A DNA stretch of 64,000 nt from an uncultured Thermoleophilia bacterium (GTDB lineage: Bacteria; Actinomycetota; Thermoleophilia; UBA2241): assembly GCA_963715985.1 (NCBI GenBank), contig CAVQSP010000010.1, forward strand, positions 192,001-256,000, in the 5' to 3' direction. The position numbers were made by a program, and so were the translations under genes. Positions 56,080-64,000 of the stretch are shown one piece after another. Numbering within the stretch: the stretch's first letter is position 1; each line of letters opens with the position of its first letter. Under the pieces are notes generated by a model, which saw nothing but the letters and a program-made list of their open reading frames with translations, was not told the DNA's origin and ran no database searches.

Positions 56080-57446
56080 CTACTCGACCTTCGGAAGCCT
56101 GGCGATGGACGCCGCGATGGCTTCCTCCGGGTGGTCGTAGTCTTCGAGCTGGCCGCTGAGGTAGCTGTCGTAGGCGCCGAGGTCGAGGAAGCCATGGCCG
56201 GTGAGGTTGAAGAGGATGTTCCTGCTCACGCCCTCTTCCTTGGCCTTGAGCGCTTCGTCGATCGTCGTGCGGATCGCGTGGGCGCTCTCCGGCGCCGGCA
56301 CGATGCCCTCGGTCTGCGCGAACAGCCGGGCCGCATCGAAGACCTTGGTCTGCGGCACGGCCACGGCGTCGATCAGACCCAGGTCGTAGACGTGGCTGAG
56401 GAGCGGCGCCATGGCGTGGTAGCGCAGCCCGCCGGCGTGGATGCCGGCCGGCATGAAGTCGTGGCCCAGCGTGTACATCTTGAACAGCGGCGTGGTCTGC
56501 GCCTCGTCGCCGAAGTCGTAGCGGAACTGGCCCTTGGTGAGTGAGGGGCAGGCCGTGGGCTCGACGGCGACGAACCGGGTGTTCGTCTTGCCGGCGAGGT
56601 TCTCGCGCAGGAAGGGGAAGGCGATGCCGCCGAAGCTCGAGCCGCCGCCCACGCAGCCGATGACGACGTCCGGGTACGCGTCGGCGTCCTGGCACTGCAG
56701 GATGGCTTCCTCACCGATGATCGTCTGATGCAGCAGCACGTGGTTGGTGACGCTGCCCAGCGCGTACTTGGAGCCGGGGTGCGTGACGGCGTCTTCCACG
56801 GCCTCGCTGATGGCGATGCCGAGGCTGCCCAGCGAGTCCGGGTCCTCGGCCAACACTGCGCGGCCGGCGTTGGTCTGGTCACTGGGGCTGGGGATCACGA
56901 TCGGCGCCCCAGAGCTGCATCATGCTGCGCCGGTACGGCTTCTGGTGGTAGCTGACCTTGACCATGTAGACCATGCACTCGAGGCCGAACATCTGGCAGG
57001 CCATGCTGAGCGCGCTGCCCCACTGGCCGGCGCCGGTCTCGGTGGCAAGGCGCGTGGTGCCGTCGAGCTTGTTGTAGTACGCCTGCGCGACGGCGGTGTT
57101 GCTCTTGTGCGAGCCGGCCGGGCTGACGCCCTCGTACTTGAAGAAGATCTTGGCCGGCGTGTCGAGCGCCTTCTCGAGGCCGGTGGCGCGGATCAGCGGC
57201 GACGGCCTCCAGATGCGGTAGATCTGGTGGACCTCTTCGGGGATCTCGATGTAGCGCTCGGCCGAGACCTCCTGCGCGATGATGCTCGGCGGGAAGATCG
57301 GCGAGAGGTCGTCGGGACCGGCCGGCTGCAGGGTGGCCGGGTTGAGCGGCGGCGCCGGCGGCGTCGGGAAGGTCGGGCACGATGTTGTACCAGGCCTTGG
57401 GGATCCTCTCCTCGTCAAGGACGAACTTCTTCTTGTACTCGCTCAT
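56080..57446 (-). CDS. trpB2: TrpB2 (stand-alone tryptophan synthase beta-like, PLP); frameshifted
   Basis: [61 protein letters not shown]; AAGGAGG RBS. Confidence 0.92.
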
Positions 57447-57594
57447 GACCTACCTCCTTTCGCGGAACGCGCGTCCGTGTGATGGGCGGTATCGGGATGC
57501 ACTGATGCTGCTCTCCGTGTCCGGGTACGGGACGACCACACGATGTGGTCCGGGGGTGCGGGCAGGGCCCGCGCGGGTGTCGAAGAAGGGCGCG

Positions 57595-57669
57595 CTACGC
57601 GCGCCAGAGCCAGCGACGCCACGTGGCGCAAGCGGTGGTGCTGCGGCTATGGGCGTCGCGGGTCGGCAT
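57595..57669 (-). CDS. Putative Trp attenuation leader peptide MPTRDAHSRSTTACATWRRWLWRA
   Basis: 24-aa ORF with three Trp codons in the last 8 residues, about 150 nt upstream of trpB2; preceded by a TTGCGC...TGGTAGAAT promoter-like sequence. Confidence 0.7.
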   Translation of the reverse strand: MPTRDAHSRSTTACATWRRWLWRA

Positions 57670-57731
57670 CGTGGGCGGGATTCTACCATCGTGAGGGGCG
57701 CGCGCAAGCGCGCGCCCTGCCGGAGCGTGCG

Positions 57732-59410
57732 TCAGAGCGGCATGGGGGCCGCTGGTCGCGGCGTCGTCCACCCCCGGCTCGATGACGTCGCGCAGCGGGT
57801 AGGGCGAGCCCGGCCGCGCGAACAGGAACCCCTGGCCGTGGACGATGCCGAGGTCCAGCAGGGCGTCCAGCTGCGCGCGTGTCTCGATGCCCTCGGCCAC
57901 CAGCCCGATGCCGGCCTGGTCGCAGAAGTCGCGCAGGGTGCCCACCAGCTTCTGCTTCACGTGGGACCGCTCGATGCCTCGCGTGAGACTCATGTCCAGC
58001 TTGATGAAGTCCGGCTCGATCTCGACCATCGTCTGGAGGCCGGAGTACCCCGCCCCCGCGTCGTCCACGGCGATGCGGAAGCCGCGTTCGCGGAGCCGGC
58101 GCACCACGTCGCGCATGTGGGCGAAGTCCTCGATGACGCTCTTCTCCGTGATCTCCATGACGGTGAGCTTGCGCAGGTCGTGAGGCGTGGCCGCGACGAA
58201 CTCCTCCGTCCACAGCTCCCCGACCATGTGCGAGAAGAGCGCGCTGGGTTCCGTGTTGATGAAGCGCAGGCACGCGGTGCGGCAGGGTGGCGCTGCCGCG
58301 CGCTGCCGCGATGCGGCAGACGCGGTCGAGCTCGTGCAGGCGGTGTTCCGCGCGCGCCGTCTCGAAGAGGGCGTCGGCGAAGTGCAGCTCGCTGCGCACC
58401 GGCCCTCGCGCGAGCAGCTCGTAGCCCAGCACGGCGAAGTCGCTGAGGGTCACGATGGGCTGGTACACGCAGCTGATCTGGCTCCCGGTGAGTACCCGGT
58501 CCAGCTCCTCGCCCAGCCGGTGCCTGGTCTGGCTGCGCTCGTGCTCGATGCTGAGGGTGGCCTGCTCGATCGCCTCGAGCAGCGCGCGCCTGAACCGGAC
58601 CTTGGGCGACTGCACCAGGCGCGCGCAGCCCACGTAGAGGTCGATGGGCGCGAAGAGCCGCTCCTCGAGCTCGCTCCGGAGGTGGTCGGTGAGCTCACGC
58701 TCGAGACGCTCCTTGACGAGGAGCAGGTCGTCGTCTTTCACCGGGCCGCTCTCGCGGGGGGGTGCGAGGACGAGCAAGAAGGCGTCCCCGAGACTCGCGG
58801 CCGAGAGGTAGTCGTCCTCGCGGACGAGGCGCCCCGGCGTCTCTTTGAGGCGCCGCGAGACGGCGCGGAAGACCTCGTCGACCGCCTCGAAGCCGTGCTG
58901 CCGCTCGAGGGCGTGGATACCGTCGATGGTCACGTACAGCAGGCCGAGCTGGGCGTGGTCCTGGGCCTGCCTCTGGATCTGGACCTGCACGCTGGCCAGC
59001 GTCGGCAGGCCGGTGATCTCGTCGTGGTACACGGAGGCGTCGCGCAGGACGTCCTTGACCGTCTGCAGGAGGCGCTCCGTCTGGAACGGCTTGGTGATGT
59101 ACGCGGAAGCCCCCGCGCGGTTGGCCTCGACCATGTTGGCCAGCTCGGTCTTGGCCGTGAGGAACACCACCGGGATGTCCTTGGTGTAGCCGAACTGCAG
59201 CTCGCGGCAGACCTGGTAGCCGTCCATGCCCGGCATCATCACATCCAGCAGGATGAGGTGAGGGTGTCCGGTGAAGGCGAGCTCGAGGCCCCTCTCGCCG
59301 CTGTGCGCGGCCAGCGCCTCGTAGCCGTGCGCGCGCAGGATCTCGCAGACCAGGGATGTGAGGTCCGGGTCGTCGTCGATGATCAGCACGCGGATCGCGT
59401 CGGTGGCCAT
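57732..59410 (-). CDS. REC + degenerate GGDEF + EAL (c-di-GMP phosphodiesterase-like); frameshifts
   Basis: LIIDDD, LLDVMMP, KPF; DEITGLP and SLGDAF (degenerate GGDEF); YQPIV, YELLARG, EITE, DDAGAGYS, IKLD, AEGIET, QGFLF. Confidence 0.85.
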
Positions 59411-59533
59411 TCCCCTCCCCCGGAGGCCCCTGGGTTCTACCCACGTCCTCTCTTTCGGCCTGTCGTCCCCAAAGGTTGAGCCGACAAAGTACACTAGCTG
59501 CGGTACGGAACCGTGAGGCTGCAGGAGGCGCAC

Positions 59534-60493
59534 ATGAAAGGGTACGGCCCGGCGGACCCGCTGCAGACGCCCCGCTTTGCCGGGATCTCCACGTTCCTGC
59601 GTCTGCCGCACACCACGCATCTGGACGGGGTGGACGTCGCCTTCGTCGGCCTGCCCTTCGACACCGGCGTGAGCTTTCGCGCCGGCGCGCGCTTCGGCCC
59701 CAAGGCCATCCGCGAGGGGTCGCTCTCGTTGCGCCCGGCGTACAACATGGCGCAGCGCGTCGCCGTGTTCGACAAGGTCTCGGCCATCGACTACGGAGAC
59801 TCCGGGGTCGTGCCGGGGTTCACCGAGCGGTCCTACGAGCGCATGGTGGCGTCCCTGCAGCCGATCTGCGAGGCCGGCGCCGTGCCCATCGGCTTCGGCG
59901 GCGACCACAGCGTGCTGCTCGCGGAGCTGCGCGCCGTTGCGGCCACGCACGGCCCCGTCGCCCTCGTCCAGTTCGACGCGCACTCAGACACCTGGGACGA
60001 GTACTTCGGTGAGAAGTACACGCACGGCACCGTTGTGCGGCGCGCCGTGGAGGAGGGCCTCATCGACCCCAAGCGGTCCACGCTGATGGGCATGCGCGGC
60101 GGTCTGTACGCGCCGGACGACCTCGACCAGGCCCGCGACATGGGGTTCACCGTCCTCCCGTGGGAGGATCTCGCGCACCTCGGTACGGGGGCCGTGGCGG
60201 CGGCCGTGGACCGCGCCACGGGCAAGTCCTTCCTGACGTTCGACATCGATTTCGTGGACCCGGCGTTCGCGCCGGGCACGGGCACGCCGGAGTGCGGCGG
60301 GCCGACCTCCATGCAGGCGCTCTCGCTGCTGCGCGCCTGCCGCGGCCTGCACATCGTGGGCGCCGACGTGGTGGAGGTGCTGCCCGACCTGGACAGCTCG
60401 CATCTCACCGGCACGCTGGCGGCCACAGTGGCGTGGGAGATCCTCAGCCTCATCGCCGCCGAGTGGCCCGCCGAAGAGGGCGCCACGTCGTGA
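59534..60493 (+). CDS. speB: Agmatinase / ureohydrolase
   Basis: GARFGP, GGDHS, DAHSD, HGT, FDIDFVDPAFAPGTG; AGGAGG RBS. Confidence 0.88.
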   Translation: MKGYGPADPLQTPRFAGISTFLRLPHTTHLDGVDVAFVGLPFDTGVSFRAGARFGPKAIREGSLSLRPAYNMAQRVAVFDKVSAIDYGDSGVVPGFTERSYERMVASLQPICEAGAVPIGFGGDHSVLLAELRAVAATHGPVALVQFDAHSDTWDEYFGEKYTHGTVVRRAVEEGLIDPKRSTLMGMRGGLYAPDDLDQARDMGFTVLPWEDLAHLGTGAVAAAVDRATGKSFLTFDIDFVDPAFAPGTGTPECGGPTSMQALSLLRACRGLHIVGADVVEVLPDLDSSHLTGTLAATVAWEILSLIAAEWPAEEGATS

Positions 60494-61341
60494 GCGGTCC
60501 GCTGCTGACCGTCGCCTGCGTGCAGATGAACACGCGCGACGACGCGGCCGCCAACCTGCGCTCGGCGGCCGCGCTTGTGGAGGAGGCGGCGGGCGCGGGC
60601 GCCCGCCTCATCGCCCTGCCGGAGACGTGGCTGTTCAAGGGCCGCAGCGCCGGCATCCGTGCCGGCGCGGAGGCGGTGCAAGGGCCGGGCAACGCCGCCC
60701 TCGCGCAGCTGGCGGCGCGTTTCGGCGTCTACGTGCTGGCCGGCTCCATCTACGAGCCCGCCGGCCCGGACGGCCGGGTGTACAACACCTCCGCGCTCTT
60801 CGGCCCCGACGGCGGCCTGCTCGCCGCGTACCGCAAGATCCACCTCTTCGACGTGGTCGCCGGCGACAAGGTGTACAGCGAGTCGGAGGACGTGCGCGCC
60901 GGCGCGGACTTGGTGACGGCGACCATCGACGCCGGCGCCGGACGGGGCGAGGCCGCGCCCGTCACGCTCGGCCTCTCGATCTGCTACGACCTGCGCTTTC
61001 CCGAGCTCTACCGCAGCCTCGCGCTGATGGGGGCGCAGGTGCTCTGCGTGCCGTCGGCGTTCACGGCGCTCACGGGCGCGGCGCACTGGGAGGTGCTGCT
61101 GCGCGCCCGGGCCGTGGAGAACGGCTGCTTCGTCGTCGCCCCGGGCCAGGTCGGCGAGCACCTGCCGGGGCGTGCCTGCTTCGGCCACAGCATGATCGTC
61201 GACCCGTGGGGCGAGATCCTCGCCGAGCTGCCGGACGGTATCGGTATCTGCCTCGCCGAGATAGACCTCGGACGCGTCGCCGCCGTGCGCGGGCAGATAC
61301 CGTCGCTGCAGAACCGGCGTCCGGACGCCTACCGGCTCTAG
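60490..61341 (+). CDS. Carbon-nitrogen hydrolase (Nit1-like)
   Basis: Catalytic triad LPE, YRKIHLFD, ICYDLRFPE; HWEVLLRARAVEN, GHSMIVDPWG; GTGA overlap. Confidence 0.92.
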   Translation: MSGPLLTVACVQMNTRDDAAANLRSAAALVEEAAGAGARLIALPETWLFKGRSAGIRAGAEAVQGPGNAALAQLAARFGVYVLAGSIYEPAGPDGRVYNTSALFGPDGGLLAAYRKIHLFDVVAGDKVYSESEDVRAGADLVTATIDAGAGRGEAAPVTLGLSICYDLRFPELYRSLALMGAQVLCVPSAFTALTGAAHWEVLLRARAVENGCFVVAPGQVGEHLPGRACFGHSMIVDPWGEILAELPDGIGICLAEIDLGRVAAVRGQIPSLQNRRPDAYRL

Positions 61342-61393
61342 GCGGGGGCTGCGGCCGGCGTCGCGCCGGCTCAGGACTGTGTGGTGGCCGGGG

Positions 61394-62272
61394 TCAGGCC
61401 GCGGCCGGCCGGCGCTCCGCCAGCCGGCGCCGCACGAACGCGACGATGATGCCCACCACGAACCCCACGAGCACGCCGGCGGCCACGTTGAGCGACATGC
61501 TCGGGCCGCTGGGTGAGTCCGGCGGCACCGCCTCGTGGAGGATGCGGGGCTGCTCCACCTGCTTGGCGGTGAACAGCATGAGCTCGGTCTTCTGGTTGGA
61601 GGAGGCCAGGGCCTCCTGCTCGGTGGCGGCCGCCTGGACCACGGCCACGTAAGGGGCCGAGGCGGCGGCCCTCTCGGCGGCACTGCCGCCGCCCTTGGCG
61701 ATGGCCATCAGGGCCGCCTGCGCCGCCACGACGCGGGCGTTGGCGGCGGTGAGCTGCTTCTGCCCCTGCGCCAGCTGTGCCTCGAGCAGTGCGATCTTGC
61801 CGGACACGCCGGGGCTGATGCGGTCGACGAGCACCTCGGCGAGGGCGTTCGCCCCGGCCGTGGCACGCAGCTTGTTGGAGTCGGTCACGGTGATGACGAC
61901 GATGTTGACCACCGACGTGGACGTCTTCACCGTGGACGACGGTGTGACCACCGTGGTCTCTTTGCGCAGGCGCTTCGCGGTGATCTCCACCTCGCTCCGC
62001 TTGGCCGCCTCGTTGAGCACCGCCTGGCTGGCGAGCAGCTGGGTGGCCGCCTTGGAGTTGGAGTTCAGACCGGCCATGGGGTTGCCGTTGGCGTCGGTGG
62101 TCTGGCCGATGTACACGGTGGAGGTGGCGCTGTACTCCTTGGGCGACGCCATGGTGACGACGGCGCCCACGACGCCGCCCAGCACGACGAGGCCGAGGAT
62201 GATCCACCAGTTGCGCAGCAGGGTGGAGAACCAGGACCCGACGTCGATGGTGGTGCCGTTGTCGCTGCTCAT
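61394..62272 (-). CDS. Wzz/CapA-like polysaccharide chain-length determinant
   Basis: N-terminal TM (LRNWWII), PKEYSATS, coiled coil, PDSPSGP then C-terminal TM. Confidence 0.8.
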   Translation of the reverse strand: MSSDNGTTIDVGSWFSTLLRNWWIILGLVVLGGVVGAVVTMASPKEYSATSTVYIGQTTDANGNPMAGLNSNSKAATQLLASQAVLNEAAKRSEVEITAKRLRKETTVVTPSSTVKTSTSVVNIVVITVTDSNKLRATAGANALAEVLVDRISPGVSGKIALLEAQLAQGQKQLTAANARVVAAQAALMAIAKGGGSAAERAAASAPYVAVVQAAATEQEALASSNQKTELMLFTAKQVEQPRILHEAVPPDSPSGPSMSLNVAAGVLVGFVVGIIVAFVRRRLAERRPAAA

Positions 62273-62359
62273 GCGGTCCTTTTCGTGAGAGTCACCGGGA
62301 CATCCTACCGCAGGCGCCCCGTGGCGCGCCGCCGGGGGCGCGCTGAGAGGGCGGCGCGC

Positions 62360-63605
62360 TCAGTGACGCGGCGCCGTGCGCACGCGTTCGAGGATGTCCA
62401 GGTAGTCGTGCGCGAGGGCGCGGCGGTCGAAGCGCTCCAGCACGTACCGCCGCCCGGCGGCGCCCATGCGGGCGCGTTCGTCCGGGTCGTCGGCGAGCCG
62501 CACGGCGGCCGCGGCCAGCTCGGCGTCGTTGGACGGCTCGAAGGCGATGCCGCAGCGCGGCCTCCTCGAGCATCGCCCTGGCGTCGCCCTCGAAGCCGAG
62601 CAGGATCGGCCGCTCCATGGCCGCGTCCTCGAAGAACTTGCTCGGGAGGATGGTGCCGAAGAGGTCGTCCTTGCGGAAGTGCACGAGGCAGGCGTCGCTG
62701 CTCGCCAGGTAGCGCGGCAGCTCGGGGCGCGGCACCAGGCCGGTGAAGACGACGTTGTCGAGGCCCTCGGCGCGCGCCCGCTGCTCGAGCCCGGCGCGTA
62801 CCGCGCCGTCGCCGATCAACAGGAAGGCGATGTCGGCGCGACCTTGCGCTTTGAGGCGCGCAGCCGCGTCCAGCGCCACCTCGAGCCCGCTCGCCATGCC
62901 GATGGTGCCGGCGAACGTGACGACGAACGTCTGAGGTCCGAAGCCGAGGCGCGCCCGCAGCTGCGCGTCGGGCGGGCGCGGCGTGAAGAGGTCGGCGTCC
63001 ACGCCGTTGGTGACGACCGAGATCTTGGACGGCGGCACGCCTTTGCGGACCATGTTCATGCGGTAGCCCTCGCCCACGGCGACGATGTGGTCGGCGCCGT
63101 CGTACAGGGCCTTCTCGAGCTTGCCCAGGGCGCGCACCACGCGGCCCTCCCTGAGCGCGCCGACGGCCGTGATGGAGTCCGGCCAGATGTCGCGGATCTC
63201 GAGCACGAAGGGGGCGCCGTGGGCCCGTGCGACCGGCCAGCCCGCCCAGCCGGCGAAGAACTGCGGGCTGGTGGCGATGACCACGTCGGCGCGCGGCCGC
63301 AGCAGCGGGCCGGCCGCGCCGGCCGCGGCCAGGTACGACAGGTAGTTGAGGCCGCGGCGCCCGCGGCCGCGGTTGGCGGCCAGGTACGTCCACACGCGCA
63401 CCGTGCGGATGCCGTCGATCCACTCCTCCTGGAAGAGCTTGTTCTCGTAGCCCTCGTACACCACGCCGGCCGGGACGTTGGGCGCGCAGGTCAGCACGGT
63501 GACGCTGTGCCCCACGCGCGCCCACTCCTTCGCCATGGCGTGCACGCGCGCCGCCGGGGCGTTGTTCTCGGGGACGAAGTAGTGGGTCAGAAAGAGGATG
63601 TGCAC
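62360..63605 (-). CDS. GT4 glycosyltransferase (WbuB-like); frameshift near 62555
   Basis: LTHYFVPE, ATSPQFF, EIRDIWPDS, TNGVD, PSKFFE; likely true end ALAHDYLDILERVRTAPRH-stop. Confidence 0.88.
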
Positions 63606-63650
63606 GATGCGGGGCTCCCGGTCGGGGAGGGCAGGTCGGGTCGGGTGGGC

Positions 63651-64000
63651 CTAGTCGTCCCAGAACACCTGGTCGTAGTACCGCACCGAGCGGCGGCTGG
63701 AGCGCACGCGCGCCTGGATAGCGGCCACGTCGTCGGCGCTCAGCTCGCCGAGCGCGTACTTGATGCCGAGGTACGGGATGATGAAATCCTCCTGGTAGAC
63801 GAACGTGCTCACGCGCGGGTTGATCTCCAGGAGGCGGCCGCCGATCCACTGCACGCTCTGGTAGTAGTCCAGCTGCAGGTGGCGCACCACCTTGCGTGTG
63901 AGCTCGACGAGCTCAGGTCGGTCGATGGTCTTGAACGCCATCGCCAGGCCGGTGAGGAACTCCTCGCGGGTGCGCGTCTGGTGGAAGACGACCTCGCCCT
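63651..64000 (-). CDS. ATP-grasp domain protein, C-terminal part (truncated by window end)
   Basis: LLEINPRVS ATP-grasp motif; frame is open to the window edge. Confidence 0.7.
   Translation of the reverse strand, partial: GEVVFHQTRTREEFLTGLAMAFKTIDRPELVELTRKVVRHLQLDYYQSVQWIGGRLLEINPRVSTFVYQEDFIIPYLGIKYALGELSADDVAAIQARVRSSRRSVRYYDQVFWDD

Noticed and set aside
57595-58227. EAL domain fused in frame to the Trp-rich peptide
   Set aside because: Removing one base from the G-run near 57744-57748 gives a stop at 57732 and leaves a promoter plus separate leader; an indel error is more likely than a fusion.
126-63849. Numerous long Arg/Ala/Pro-rich antisense or off-frame ORFs in the track
   Set aside because: Shadow ORFs of real genes caused by high GC; no motifs and atypical composition.

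Overview
Very GC-rich bacterial chromosomal window. The gene content (LAAxCGG lipoproteins, L,D-transpeptidases, an SLH-like protein, rubrerythrins, TrpB2) suggests an actinomycetote, probably Thermoleophilia-like; this is inference. Many conserved genes are broken by single-base indels, which looks like unpolished long-read error. No mobile element, CRISPR array, rRNA or tRNA was recognised. Main blocks: (1) redox/metal region, 0-17 kb (tandem rubrerythrins, cupredoxin, two PrsA/SurA-N lipoproteins, Cys-less redoxin + ABM-like + rhodanese, glutaredoxin, CadC/CadA-type pair, HtrA, RCC1 protein, MntH, multiheme cytochrome c); (2) Pho locus (PHP phosphoesterase, phoBR, pstS-pstS-pstCAB-phoU); (3) cell-wall remodelling genes and rmlACDB; (4) HNH, rarA, acidic YtxH protein, M28-like membrane protein; (5) two-component system + XdhC/MocA-HD/HAD; (6) guanidino/ureido catabolism genes, TetR, trpB2, REC-EAL protein; (7) start of a polysaccharide cluster. 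Best signals not shown by the ORF track: a likely selenocysteine-recoded glutaredoxin ending GG-U-R-V-stop; two different 11-bp-period direct-repeat operator families (Pho-type at four promoters; MprA-box-like upstream of htrA and one prsA-like gene); a Trp-rich leader peptide upstream of trpB2; a deiminase + carbamoylase pair suggesting a two-step guanidino catabolic route; and a catalytically degenerate M28 membrane protein.
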